Source: an uncultured Mailhella sp. | GTDB lineage: Bacteria; Desulfobacterota; Desulfovibrionia; Desulfovibrionales; Desulfovibrionaceae | Length of the DNA stretch: 64,000 nucleotides | Direction of reading: 5' to 3' | NCBI GenBank assembly: GCA_944322695.1 | Contig: CALUPQ010000028.1 | Span: 25,525 to 89,524 of the forward strand | In this document: piece after piece, positions 1 to 9,868 of the stretch | How the letters are laid out: each line of letters starts with the position of its first letter | How positions within the stretch are numbered: the stretch's first letter is position 1 | Made by a program: the position numbers and the translations under genes | Notes under the pieces: generated by a model | Seen by the model: the letters and a program-made list of their open reading frames with translations, nothing else | Databases searched by the model: none | What the model was told of the DNA's origin: nothing

Positions 1-671
1 ACGGGAGCGTCCGCCGTCAGTTCCTTGCAGGAAGGCTCCTTGCAGTCGAGCACGCGCAGAGGGTTGGTCTCCATGCGGCGACGGCAGTCCTCGCAAAGCT
101 GCGACGGGTCGAGAGCGGCAAGCCAGTCGTGCAGGTTCTTGCGATAGACGGGACGGCAGGAGGAACAGCCCAGAGAGTTTATCTGAAGCGTAAGATTCTT
201 CAGCCCGAGCTTTCCGAGAAACTCCATCATCATGCAGATGATTTCCGCATCGGCCTCGGGTTCCCGGGGGCCGAGGCACTCGCAGTTGATTTGATGGAAC
301 TGACGCATGCGGCCCTTCTGGGGGCGTTCATGCCGGAACATGGGACCGATGGTGAAGAACCTGCTCACGGCTTCGCGGGCATGGACGCCGCTTTCAATGT
401 AGGCGCGCATGACGCCGGCCGTGGCTTCGGGACGCAGGGACATAGAGCGGCCCTTGCTGTCGGGGATGCAGTACATCTCCTTCTGCACCACGTCGGTTTC
501 CGTGCCTATGCCGCGGCAGAAAAGGTCGGTGTACTCCATGAGCGGAGTACGGAGCTCACCGAAACCGTAGCGCGGAAAGACCTCGCGCGCGGTGGCATCC
601 ATCATCTCAAAAAGACGGCTCTTCGCCGGAAACTGGTCGGCAAAGCCCTTGATAGCCTGAATCTGTGCCAT
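1..671 (-). CDS. hisS: Histidine--tRNA ligase (5' part; runs off the window edge)
   Basis: Manual minus-strand translation from ATG at 671: MAQIQAIKGFAD...FGELRTPLMEYTDLF..GIG..TDVVQKEMY...SLRPEATAGVMRA...GPMFRHERPQKGRMRQFHQINCE...RRMETNPLRVLDCK (class II HisRS motifs). Not in the ORF track because it is truncated. Confidence 0.95.
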   Translation of the reverse strand, partial: MAQIQAIKGFADQFPAKSRLFEMMDATAREVFPRYGFGELRTPLMEYTDLFCRGIGTETDVVQKEMYCIPDSKGRSMSLRPEATAGVMRAYIESGVHAREAVSRFFTIGPMFRHERPQKGRMRQFHQINCECLGPREPEADAEIICMMMEFLGKLGLKNLTLQINSLGCSSCRPVYRKNLHDWLAALDPSQLCEDCRRRMETNPLRVLDCKEPSCKELTADAP

Positions 672-770
672 GAACGGACTCCAGCAAATAGAAATAACGC
701 ATGAGGATAGGGTCTTTTCTCCCCATTGTCAAAGCATTACCGGCATGCGGGGACATGGGGGACCGGGGAG

Positions 771-1661
771 TTACGGCTTCTTCGGGAAGTTCGCGATGAG
801 ATATTCCCAGAACAGCTCTTCGGCGGAGGAAAGATGCGGAACCCGGACCGCATGGATGGGAGCGGTTTTCTCAATGCCGGGGAAGGGAATGTCCTTTTCC
901 ACAAGCGCGCCCTTCCGTACCAGACGGGCGCAGCGCACCGTAAGCTCCGGCAGTATGACCACCGCCTCGTTGCGCACGGCGAGGGAAAGCACGTCCTCCA
1001 TGTCCGCAAGGCGGTACTCGCCGGCGAAGTACGGCGCATAGCGGCCGGAAATATGGTTCTGGCCGCCGGAATAGTAGGCGATATATTCGCCCTGCAAATC
1101 TTCCGCATCCAGCACGGCCTTGCCGGCGAGGCGATGCCCGGCTCCGAGAAACATCTTGCGGGTGACCATGCCCAGCCGCACGGTCTCGCAGCCGAACTGA
1201 CGCACCCGTTCCAGCACTCTCGCTTCCTTACCGTCCAGAACAACGGAAATCTTCGAACCATGACGGAATTCATCCGCGGCGTCCCCGATATAGACGGGGC
1301 GCAGAGTAACGTGAATGTTCGGATGCAGCGCCTTGAACGGAGTCACGATGGTTTCGTTCAGGTACTGCACCAGGGAGCTCTGCGAATCGACGACGAAGCA
1401 GACGGTTTCCTCCGCCGTGCCGACGCGCATGTCGTCTATGATGGCCATGACCTGCTGTGCACGCTCAAGCACCTGCATGCCTTCAGCAGTGAGCGTCACG
1501 CCGGCCCGCCCCGTCCGGAAAAGCTCGCGCCCGACTTCCTGCTCCAGCTTTTTCAAAGCCGTGGACACCGCGGGACGGGTGACCTTGTGCCTCTCCGCCG
1601 CGGCGCTGATGGACCCCACATGTGCGGTTGTGATAAAATACTCAAGCCATTCCAGACGCAT
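771..1661 (-). CDS. LysR-family transcriptional regulator
   Basis: N-terminal HTH MRLEWLEYFITTAHVGSISAAAERHKVTRPAVSTALKKLEQEVGRELFRTGRAGVTLTAEG; ~296 aa; divergent from the transporter/reductase genes. Confidence 0.92.
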   Translation of the reverse strand: MRLEWLEYFITTAHVGSISAAAERHKVTRPAVSTALKKLEQEVGRELFRTGRAGVTLTAEGMQVLERAQQVMAIIDDMRVGTAEETVCFVVDSQSSLVQYLNETIVTPFKALHPNIHVTLRPVYIGDAADEFRHGSKISVVLDGKEARVLERVRQFGCETVRLGMVTRKMFLGAGHRLAGKAVLDAEDLQGEYIAYYSGGQNHISGRYAPYFAGEYRLADMEDVLSLAVRNEAVVILPELTVRCARLVRKGALVEKDIPFPGIEKTAPIHAVRVPHLSSAEELFWEYLIANFPKKP

Positions 1662-2037
1662 TTTTCCTTCCTTTTCGGCTTCTTCTTACTACGAATGACG
1701 GCTGCGGGCAACCGCGCTTTGTCCTTTTTTTCCCGTAAGCAAAATCATCCAGATGGCCATCGAAAATTAATATTTCACTTTTTTCCTTCCCTCTCGCATA
1801 AAATAATACCGGATACCGACCGAATATCCGGACGGATAAGCATGCCCGAACATCCTCTTTTTGTGATTTTCCGCCTTATCCGGACCGGACTGAAAATAGA
1901 GACAGAAGCAAAAAAACGGCGACCATGTGCCGCCGCGTACAAAAAGTGCAAAAAAATTTCTCCGTCCCGTCCGGGAACGTCGCCGCGGAATGTTCCCGGG
2001 CGGGACACCTAACCTTCAACTCCTGGGGAGGCCGGGC

Positions 2038-3492
2038 ATGCTGAAACAACTGAGCAAGAACAGCCCTTGGTATTACCTTCACACGTTAATCACGCTGCTC
2101 ATCATCTTCTGCTTTTTCCAGTTCGTTCCCGCTGTTGAACCTCTGACCCCCGTGGGCATCAGAGTTCTTGGCATCTTCATCGCCGTTCTGTACGGCTGGG
2201 TATTCTGCGACGTGGTCTGGCCGAGCCTCATGGGTCTCATCATGCTCGGCATGTGCGGCTACGACAGCATAACAAAGGTCTTTGCCACCTCCATGGGCAA
2301 TTCCACCGTCATCATGCTGGTGCTGTTCTGCGCCGTGACCGCCATCCTGAGCTCCGCGGGCATTGCCGAATACATCTCCGCAAGAATGGTGGGCCTGAAA
2401 ATAGTACGCGGCCGCCCCTACATGCTGACCTTCATGCTCATGCTGGTCATGGTGGCCTTCAACCTGCTCGTGAGCGCCACCGCCGCCATCATGATGTTCT
2501 ATCCTCTGGTCAAGGAAGTGAGCAAGCAGTTCGGCTTCAAGGCCGGCGACAAGTGGCCTATATTCGTCATTCTTTCCGGCTCCTACATCGGCTGCCGCGC
2601 CTATCAGCTTCTGCCCTTCAAGTCCGGTCCCGCCGTGGTGTACGGCTCCTACACCCAGTTCTTCGGCGTCAACGACATCAACTATGCCGCCCACATGGTC
2701 TGCGCCTTCTCCATTCTGCCCGCCAGCATCGGCATCGTCATGTCCCTGTGCCGCTCCGTGTTCAAGCCCGACGTGACCCCCATCCTCAACGGTTCCGCCT
2801 CTCTTTCCGGCGCCGATGTTCAGCTGACCGGTCACCAGAAGTACGTGCTCTTCTCCTTCCTCGTTCTGCTCGTGCTGCTGCTCTGGCCCAACGTGGCTCC
2901 CAAGGACTGGGCCATCACCCAGTTCCTGAACAAGATGACCACCAACGGCATCCTCATGGCCTACATCGGCGTGTACGTCTTCATCCACTTCCGTGAAGGC
3001 ATCGGCTTCAAGGACATCCTCTGCAGGGAAATGTCCTGGCCCGCCCTCTACGTGACCATGACCTCCCTGACCATGGCCGCCGTCTTCCAGTCCGACGCCA
3101 CCGGCATCATGACCTGGATTAAGGAAGGCATGGAACCCTTCATGGCCGGCAAGAGCGCCCTCGTGTTCGTGGCCATCATCACCTTCCTGTGCATGATGGT
3201 CACCAACGTGGCCAACAACCTCGCCTGCCTCGCCATGTTCTCCCCCCTCGCCTGCACCATCGGCCTGAGCCTCGGCGGCGACGTTCACATGCCCGCCATT
3301 CTCTTCAGCATCCTCATGATAGGCTCCCTCGGCATCATCACGCCGCCCGCCTCCACCCTCACCGCCTACCTGTACGGTGAAAAGGAATGGCTCCCGGGCA
3401 ACTGCGTCATGACCTACGGCATCCTGTACAGCCTCATCAACTGGGTGGTCGTCATGGTGCTCGGCTACGGCCTCGGCGCCATCCTCTTCTAG
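2038..3492 (+). CDS. SLC13/DASS-family (dicarboxylate/anion:sodium symporter-like) permease
   Basis: Many TM helices; LTPVGIRVLGIFIAVLYGW, TNVANN and ITPPAS motifs; start taken at ATG 2038 after GGGGAGG RBS. Confidence 0.8.
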   Translation: MLKQLSKNSPWYYLHTLITLLIIFCFFQFVPAVEPLTPVGIRVLGIFIAVLYGWVFCDVVWPSLMGLIMLGMCGYDSITKVFATSMGNSTVIMLVLFCAVTAILSSAGIAEYISARMVGLKIVRGRPYMLTFMLMLVMVAFNLLVSATAAIMMFYPLVKEVSKQFGFKAGDKWPIFVILSGSYIGCRAYQLLPFKSGPAVVYGSYTQFFGVNDINYAAHMVCAFSILPASIGIVMSLCRSVFKPDVTPILNGSASLSGADVQLTGHQKYVLFSFLVLLVLLLWPNVAPKDWAITQFLNKMTTNGILMAYIGVYVFIHFREGIGFKDILCREMSWPALYVTMTSLTMAAVFQSDATGIMTWIKEGMEPFMAGKSALVFVAIITFLCMMVTNVANNLACLAMFSPLACTIGLSLGGDVHMPAILFSILMIGSLGIITPPASTLTAYLYGEKEWLPGNCVMTYGILYSLINWVVVMVLGYGLGAILF

Positions 3493-3647
3493 CCTGACGG
3501 CGGAGGGAGAAAGGGCTTCGTCCCCATGCCCTGCCCCCTCCGCCTCTGCCGCACCCCTGCGGCATATTCGGCAACGAAGCCGAACCCGGCTTCACGGTCT
3601 TTCTCGGAAACATAAAAAGCCTCACCTGTAAGACAAGGATTCACCTC

Positions 3648-5648
3648 ATGATACCCGAGTACGCGAAAAAATATCCCAAGATGTTCGAACCGCTGACCAT
3701 CCGTCGCGGCAGGAACGAGTTCGTGTTCAACAACCGCGTCATGATGTCCCCCGTGGGCATCTGCGCCACCGGCGGCGGTGCGGACAACGGCCGTATCAAT
3801 ATCTTCGGCGTGGACTACTGGACCGGCATCATCCGCGGCGGTTTCTCCTCCGTGTGCCTGCCCATGGAAATTCCCTCCAACGGCAGCCATGAAGGCGTGT
3901 TCGACCTGAACCCCGCCAAGTGCAACTACATGAACATGCACCTTCTGCAGCGCTCCGTTCACGCCTACAATGGAAAGACCTTCGCCGAACTCATCCACGG
4001 CGGCCGCTGCATGACCCGTCCCGACGTGCCGCTCATCGGCGCGAGCGACTCCGAATATCAGGGCCGTCACGTGAAGGGCATGGACGCAAAGGACATGCAG
4101 GACATCATCGACATGTGCGTGGAGTTCGCCCATCAGGCCAGACGCGCGGGCTTTGACGGCATCATGATTCACTTCGCCCACGGCTGGCTCTTCCACGACT
4201 TCCTCTCGCCCCTCACCAACAAGCGTACCGACGAATTCGGCGGTTCCGTGGAAAACCGCTGCCGCTTCCCGCTCATGGTGCTCAAGGCCGTGCGTGAAGT
4301 CATTGGCGACGACCTTCTCATCGAACTGCGCCTCACCGGCAACGACGAAATGGAAGGCGGCATCGAACCTGAAGACGCTGCCCAGCAGGTCCTCATCTTC
4401 CAGGACTACGTGGACATGATTCACATAAGCTGCGGCACCCGCATCGACGTGACCAGCCGTCCGCGCATGACCCCCACGAGCTTCTTCCCCACCGAGCACA
4501 ACGCCTACGCCAGCGCCATCGTGAAGAACACTCCCGGCGTGCGCATTCCCATCGGCACCGTCGGCGCCATCGGCGACCCGGTCCGTACCGAAAAGCTGCT
4601 TGAAGAAGGCAAGGCCGACTACGTGCTCATCGCCCGTGCCGCTATCGTCGACAACGAATGGGTGAAGAAAATCAAGGAAGGCAGAGAAGAAGACATCCGC
4701 CCCTGCCTGCGCTGCAACATGTGCCTCGACCACGGCCGCAGAAAGTCCAAGATTAAGGGCAAGGAACTGGTCATGGCCTCCGAAGTGAGCTTCGACCGCC
4801 GCTGCGCCGTGAACCCGCTCTCCATGCAGGGCGCCACGAAGAAGATGTTCCCCGCTCCCGCGCGCAAGAAGAAGGTCGTGGTGGTCGGCGGCGGCGTGGC
4901 CGGCATGAACGCCGCCCTGAGCGCCGCCGAACGCGGACACGAAGTCACCCTGTACGAAAAGACCAACAAGCTCGGCGGTCAGGCCCTTCTTTCCGACGGC
5001 ATGTGGTTCAAGCAGGAAATGAAGGCCTACCACGAATGGCTGGAACGCCAGGTGCGCAAGAACGGCAACATCTTCGTGGTGCTCAACACCGAAGCCACCC
5101 CTGAAATGGTGTCCGACATCAACCCCGACGCCACCATCGTGGCCGTGGGCGCGAAGCAGATTGTGCCCCCCATCCCCGGCATTGAAAAGGCCACCATGGC
5201 CTTTGACGTGTTCGGCAACGAAGACAAGGTGGGCAAGAAGGTCGTCATCATCGGCGGCGGCGACATCGGCTGCGAGCTCTCCATCCATCTGGCCGAAAAG
5301 GGCCATGACTGCACCGTGGTGGAACTCACCCACTTCCAGGCCGGCAACGCCGAACTGTGCATCCGCATGTCCATCCTCCAGTTCATGGAAAAGAACAACG
5401 TCACCACGCTGCTCGACACCAAGGCCACGGAAATCACCGACGAAGGCGTCTGGGTGGAAAACGAGAACGGCAGAACCCTGCTGCCCGCCGACACCGTCAT
5501 CGTCTCCGTGGGCACCACTCCCCTCAGGGAAGAGCGCGACAGCTTCCGTAACGTTTCCTACGACGTCATCAACATCGGCGACTGCAAGAAGGCCTCCAAC
5601 ATGCAGCACGCCGTGGAAACGGGCTTCGACGCGGGCCTTATCCTGTAA
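3648..5648 (+). CDS. Fe-S/FMN/FAD NAD(P)H:flavin oxidoreductase (OYE-like, BaiCD/BaiH/FadH architecture), paralog 1
   Basis: TIM-barrel AGFDGIMIHFAHGWL..FLSPLTNKRTDEFGGSVENRCRF; CLRCNMC...RCAVNP Fe-S motif; GGGVAG and GGGDIG Rossmann motifs. Confidence 0.9.
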   Translation: MIPEYAKKYPKMFEPLTIRRGRNEFVFNNRVMMSPVGICATGGGADNGRINIFGVDYWTGIIRGGFSSVCLPMEIPSNGSHEGVFDLNPAKCNYMNMHLLQRSVHAYNGKTFAELIHGGRCMTRPDVPLIGASDSEYQGRHVKGMDAKDMQDIIDMCVEFAHQARRAGFDGIMIHFAHGWLFHDFLSPLTNKRTDEFGGSVENRCRFPLMVLKAVREVIGDDLLIELRLTGNDEMEGGIEPEDAAQQVLIFQDYVDMIHISCGTRIDVTSRPRMTPTSFFPTEHNAYASAIVKNTPGVRIPIGTVGAIGDPVRTEKLLEEGKADYVLIARAAIVDNEWVKKIKEGREEDIRPCLRCNMCLDHGRRKSKIKGKELVMASEVSFDRRCAVNPLSMQGATKKMFPAPARKKKVVVVGGGVAGMNAALSAAERGHEVTLYEKTNKLGGQALLSDGMWFKQEMKAYHEWLERQVRKNGNIFVVLNTEATPEMVSDINPDATIVAVGAKQIVPPIPGIEKATMAFDVFGNEDKVGKKVVIIGGGDIGCELSIHLAEKGHDCTVVELTHFQAGNAELCIRMSILQFMEKNNVTTLLDTKATEITDEGVWVENENGRTLLPADTVIVSVGTTPLREERDSFRNVSYDVINIGDCKKASNMQHAVETGFDAGLIL

Positions 5649-5771
5649 CTTTCCAGCCTCACAAGAACTCCCCGCCCTCTGTCTCTCCCGGAAGGGCGGG
5701 GAAAGCCGGACGATGCGGCCCTTTCCGCCACTCCTGTAATGAGGGCCGCATCGTCCATGAAGGAAATTTCC

Positions 5772-7751
5772 ATGAAACCCATCTATAAGGAAAAGTATCC
5801 GCATCTGTTCCAGCCCATGTACGTGGGCAAGAACAAGGTCCGCTTCAACAACCGCGTGCTGGTCGGCCCCATGGGCTCCGGCGCCACGGGCGGCGGCGAG
5901 GACAGCGACGGCCGCATCAACACCTTCGGCATCGACTTCTGGATGCGCTACATTCAGGGCGGCTTCTCCTCCGTGGCCCTTCCCATGGAAGTGCCCATCG
6001 ACGGCAGCCATGAACACATGTTCAACCTGAACCCCAAGACCTGCAACCAGATGAACTTCCAGCGCCTGCAGCGCGCCGTGCACGCCTTCAACGGCAAGAC
6101 CTTTGTGGAATTCATGCACGGCGGCCCCTACATGCGCGACGGCTTCAAGAAGATTTCCGCCGACGATGAACCCCATCTCGGCGCCGTTGCCGCCACGAAG
6201 GAAGAACTGGAAGAAATCGCCGCCATGTTCGGCGAATACGCCCACTGGGCCCAGATTGCCAACTTCGACGGCATCATGCTCCACTACGGACACGGCTGGC
6301 TGTTCAACTACTTCCTCTCTCCCCTCACCAACCACCGCACCGACGAGTTCGGCGGCTCCATCGAGAACCGCTGCCGCTTCCCGCTCATGGTCATCAAGGC
6401 CATCCGCGAGACCGTGGGCGACAGCATGCTCATCGAACTGCGCATGAACGGCAACGATGAGGCCGAAGGCGGCATCACTCCCGAAGAATGCGCCGAACAG
6501 GTGAAAATCTTCGAGCCCTACATCGACATGGTGCACATCACCTGCGGTCACCGCGTGGACGCCATGACCCGTCCCAAGCAGTGCCCCACCGGCTTCGACC
6601 GCACCGCCCACAACGCCTACGCCAGCGAAATCGTGAAGAAGTCCGGCGTGAAGATTCCCGTGGGCACCATCGGCGGCATCTACGACCCCGCCGTGGCCGA
6701 AGAAGTGCTGGCCAAGGGACAGGCCGACTACGTGCTCATGAGCCGCTCCGCCATGGCCGACCCCGAAATCATCAAGAAGGCCAAGGAAGGCCGCGAAGAC
6801 GACATCCGTCCCTGCCTGCGCTGCAACTACTGCATGGACCACGGCCGTCGCGTGGCCATCTCCAAGGATTTGCACCTGCTCGCCTACCCGAGCTACGACC
6901 GTCACTGCATGGTCAACCCCCTGCAGTTCCAGAGCGCCCAGAAGCTGCGCATTCCTCCGGCGGAACGTTCCAAGAAGGTCGCCGTCATTGGCGGCGGCGT
7001 GGCCGGCATGGAAGCCGCCATCAGCTGCGCCATGAGGGGCCACAGCGTGGTGCTCTATGAAAAGACCGACCGTCTCGGCGGTCAGGCCCTTCTCTCCGAC
7101 CCCATGTGGTTCAAGAAGGAAATGAAGAAGTTCCACGAATATCTGGAACATCAGGTGAAGAAGCGCCCGGCCATCACCGTGGTGTACAACACCGAAGCCA
7201 CGCCCGAAATCATCGAGCAGAACGACTTCGACGCCGTCATCGTGGCCGTGGGCGCGGAACAGATTGTGCCCCGCATCCCCGGCGTGGAAAAGGCGAAGAT
7301 GTCCTTCGACGTGTTCGGCCATGAAGACATCGTGGGCAAGAAGGTCGTCATCATCGGCGGCGGCTCCATCGGCGTGGAACTCGGCATCCACCTGAACGGC
7401 CTCGGCCGTGAGTGCACCGTGGTGGAAATGGGCGAATTCATCGCCGCCAAGGCCCAGCTCACCGAACGTACGGCGTATCTGAACGCCCTCAACCAGTACA
7501 AGGTCAAAACCATGGTCAACGCCCGCTGCACCGAAATCACCGACAAGGGCGCCCAGGTGGAAACCCCCGAAGGCTCGAAGTTCCTCGAAGCCGACACCGT
7601 CATCATCGCCGTTGGCACCAAGTCCCTCGAAGCGGAACGCGACAAGTTCATCGACACCGCCTTCGACGTCATCAACGTCGGCGACTGCGTCTGCGCTTCC
7701 AGCATCGTGCATGCCGTGCACTCCGGCTTCGACGCGGGCCTGACCCTGTAA
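5772..7751 (+). CDS. Fe-S/FMN/FAD NAD(P)H:flavin oxidoreductase (OYE-like), paralog 2
   Basis: FDGIMLHYGHGWL..FLSPLTNHRTDEFGGSIENRCRF; CLRCNYC...HCMVNP; GGGVAG, GGGSIG; collinear with paralog 1; start at ATG 5772 after AAGGA. Confidence 0.9.
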   Translation: MKPIYKEKYPHLFQPMYVGKNKVRFNNRVLVGPMGSGATGGGEDSDGRINTFGIDFWMRYIQGGFSSVALPMEVPIDGSHEHMFNLNPKTCNQMNFQRLQRAVHAFNGKTFVEFMHGGPYMRDGFKKISADDEPHLGAVAATKEELEEIAAMFGEYAHWAQIANFDGIMLHYGHGWLFNYFLSPLTNHRTDEFGGSIENRCRFPLMVIKAIRETVGDSMLIELRMNGNDEAEGGITPEECAEQVKIFEPYIDMVHITCGHRVDAMTRPKQCPTGFDRTAHNAYASEIVKKSGVKIPVGTIGGIYDPAVAEEVLAKGQADYVLMSRSAMADPEIIKKAKEGREDDIRPCLRCNYCMDHGRRVAISKDLHLLAYPSYDRHCMVNPLQFQSAQKLRIPPAERSKKVAVIGGGVAGMEAAISCAMRGHSVVLYEKTDRLGGQALLSDPMWFKKEMKKFHEYLEHQVKKRPAITVVYNTEATPEIIEQNDFDAVIVAVGAEQIVPRIPGVEKAKMSFDVFGHEDIVGKKVVIIGGGSIGVELGIHLNGLGRECTVVEMGEFIAAKAQLTERTAYLNALNQYKVKTMVNARCTEITDKGAQVETPEGSKFLEADTVIIAVGTKSLEAERDKFIDTAFDVINVGDCVCASSIVHAVHSGFDAGLTL

Positions 7752-7806
7752 CGCTTCCATGCCCCGCCGCTTCCGTTGCATGCGGCGGGAAAAAGTGCAA
7801 GAATAC

Positions 7807-7847
7807 TGGACTCCCGGACGTTTTGCGTCCGCGGAGTCCATTTTTTT
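7807..7847 (+). terminator. Rho-independent terminator after the reductase pair
   Basis: TGGACTCC-CGGACG...CGTCCG-C-GGAGTCCA stem followed by T7. Confidence 0.7.
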
Positions 7848-7858
7848 CAGGACTGCCC

Positions 7859-9868
7859 ATGGAAGACCTCATTCTTCGCGAAATCGTCGTTCTTTTCATT
7901 CTTTCCATCATCGTCGTTCTTGTCTGCCTGCGCTTCCGCCTGCCCTCCATCGTGGGCTTTCTGCTTACCGGCGTGCTGTGCGGCCCCTCCGCCCTCGGGC
8001 TCATTCCCACGCCGGAAGCGGTGGACACCATGGCCGACGTGGGCGTCGCCTTCCTCATGTTCTCCATAGGCATGGAGCTTTCCGGCAAGGAACTCGTGCG
8101 GCTGAAAAAGCCCCTCTTCCTCGGCGGCTCCATGCAGGTGCTGCTGACCATGGCCTTCGTGTTCGTCCTCACCTTCTGGTGGTGCGGACCGAGGCTCGGC
8201 ATCGTTTACGGCTGCATGGTCACGCTCTCCTCCACGGCCATCGTGCTGAGCCTCCTGCAGCAGAAGGCGCTCGTGGAATCCCCGCAGGGGCAGGTCTGTC
8301 TGGCCGTGCTCATCTTCCAGGACCTCGCCATCGTGCCCATGGTGCTCATCTTCCCCCTGCTTTCAGGCGGTCTTGAGCTCGATACGAACTCCATGCTCCT
8401 GGCTGCGGGCAAGGGCGTTCTCGTCATCGGCGGCATTCTTCTCTTCGGCAAGTACCTGCTGCACCGCCTCATGTTCAGCGTGGTGAGCACCCGCAGCCGC
8501 GAGCTCATGCTCATGACCACGCTGGGCCTGTGCCTCGCCGTCGCGCTCATCACCTCGTGGCTCGGCCTCTCCCTCGCGCTCGGCGCCTTCCTTGCCGGCC
8601 TCATGATGGCGGAATCGGAATACAGCCTCAATACGCTCGAAAGCATCATGCCCTTCAAGGAGGTCTTCTCCAGCATCTTCTTCATCTCCGTGGGCATGCT
8701 GCTCGACGTGCGCTTCTTCCTCACGCATCTTCCCGTCATCGCCCTGTGCGCGGCGGCCATCATCGCGGCCAAGATACTCATGGTCGCTCCGGCGGTGCGC
8801 ATTCTCAGATACTCCATGCGCACGGCCATTCTCGCGGCCTTCAGTCTCGCTCAGGTGGGCGAATTTTCCTTCGTGCTCGCCAAGTCGGCCCTGGGACTCG
8901 AACTCATCAGCAACGACTCCTACCAGATTTTCCTGGCCGCCAGCATTCTCACCATGGTGCTCACGCCCCTGCTCATCGGCGTTGCCCCCAGGGCGGCCGG
9001 AACCGTCCTGAAAAGGTCCGACGTGCAGAACGCGGAAGCCGCCGCGGACGACGGCATGGAACAGCATGAGGAAAACTCCGGCATCATCCGCGACGGGCGC
9101 CAGCTCAGGGACCATCTCATCATCATAGGTTTCGGCATAGGCGGCAAAATCATGGCCCACGGCGCAAAACGCTGCGGCATTCCCTACATCATTTCGGAAA
9201 TGAACCCCGACACCGTGGAACGCTACCGCTCCACCGAGCCCATACGTCACGGCGACGCCTCCTTCCCTCTGGTGCTTGAGCATCTCGGGGCCGCCACGGC
9301 AAGGGCGCTTGCCATACTCACGTCCGACCCGGCGGGCAGCCGCGCCATCATCGCCAACGCCCGCGCCATGAATCCCTCCCTGCACATCATCGTGCGCACG
9401 CGCTTCCTCGGCAACCTGGATTCCTACAAGGAAGTGGGGGCCAACGAAGTCATTCCCGAAGAATTCGAAACGTCTCTGGAAGTCTTCGCCCGGGTGCTGA
9501 ACCACTACCTCGTGCCGCGCCAGACCATAGACCAGTACGTTTCCGCCATTCGCCGGGAAAACTACGGCATGCAGCGTCAGCTCGGCATGGGCGGCTCCAT
9601 CATGGAAAGCCTGCCCGACTTGCAGCTCGTGGCCTATGCCGTGGAGGAAGACTCCCCCCTGGCAGGCAAAACCATAGGTCAGGCCGCGCTGCGCAAGGAG
9701 CACGGCGTGACCGCGGCCGGAGTGCGCAGGGGAGACGCCATCAACAACAATCCCGATGCGCAGACGACGCTTCTTGCCGGGGACATCGTCTATCTTCTCT
9801 CCACGCAGGAAGCGCTCACAAAAGCGGCATGGCTTTTCCATACCGCCGGCGAAGGGAGAGCGGACTGA
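7859..9868 (+). CDS. CPA2 cation:proton antiporter (KefB/KefC-like) with TrkA-N and TrkA-C (RCK) domains
   Basis: LPSIVGFLLTGVLCGP, LSSTAIVL, LIFQDL, ALGAFLAG, AQVGEFSFV; IIIGFGIGG Rossmann-like segment; C-terminal RCK-C. Confidence 0.9.
   Translation: MEDLILREIVVLFILSIIVVLVCLRFRLPSIVGFLLTGVLCGPSALGLIPTPEAVDTMADVGVAFLMFSIGMELSGKELVRLKKPLFLGGSMQVLLTMAFVFVLTFWWCGPRLGIVYGCMVTLSSTAIVLSLLQQKALVESPQGQVCLAVLIFQDLAIVPMVLIFPLLSGGLELDTNSMLLAAGKGVLVIGGILLFGKYLLHRLMFSVVSTRSRELMLMTTLGLCLAVALITSWLGLSLALGAFLAGLMMAESEYSLNTLESIMPFKEVFSSIFFISVGMLLDVRFFLTHLPVIALCAAAIIAAKILMVAPAVRILRYSMRTAILAAFSLAQVGEFSFVLAKSALGLELISNDSYQIFLAASILTMVLTPLLIGVAPRAAGTVLKRSDVQNAEAAADDGMEQHEENSGIIRDGRQLRDHLIIIGFGIGGKIMAHGAKRCGIPYIISEMNPDTVERYRSTEPIRHGDASFPLVLEHLGAATARALAILTSDPAGSRAIIANARAMNPSLHIIVRTRFLGNLDSYKEVGANEVIPEEFETSLEVFARVLNHYLVPRQTIDQYVSAIRRENYGMQRQLGMGGSIMESLPDLQLVAYAVEEDSPLAGKTIGQAALRKEHGVTAAGVRRGDAINNNPDAQTTLLAGDIVYLLSTQEALTKAAWLFHTAGEGRAD

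Noticed and set aside
3489-7841. 1450-aa minus-strand ORF, and similar long antisense ORFs over eno, pnp, ftsK, gyrB and others
   Set aside because: Shadow frames caused by strong GC3 codon bias of the real opposite-strand genes; no recognisable motifs.
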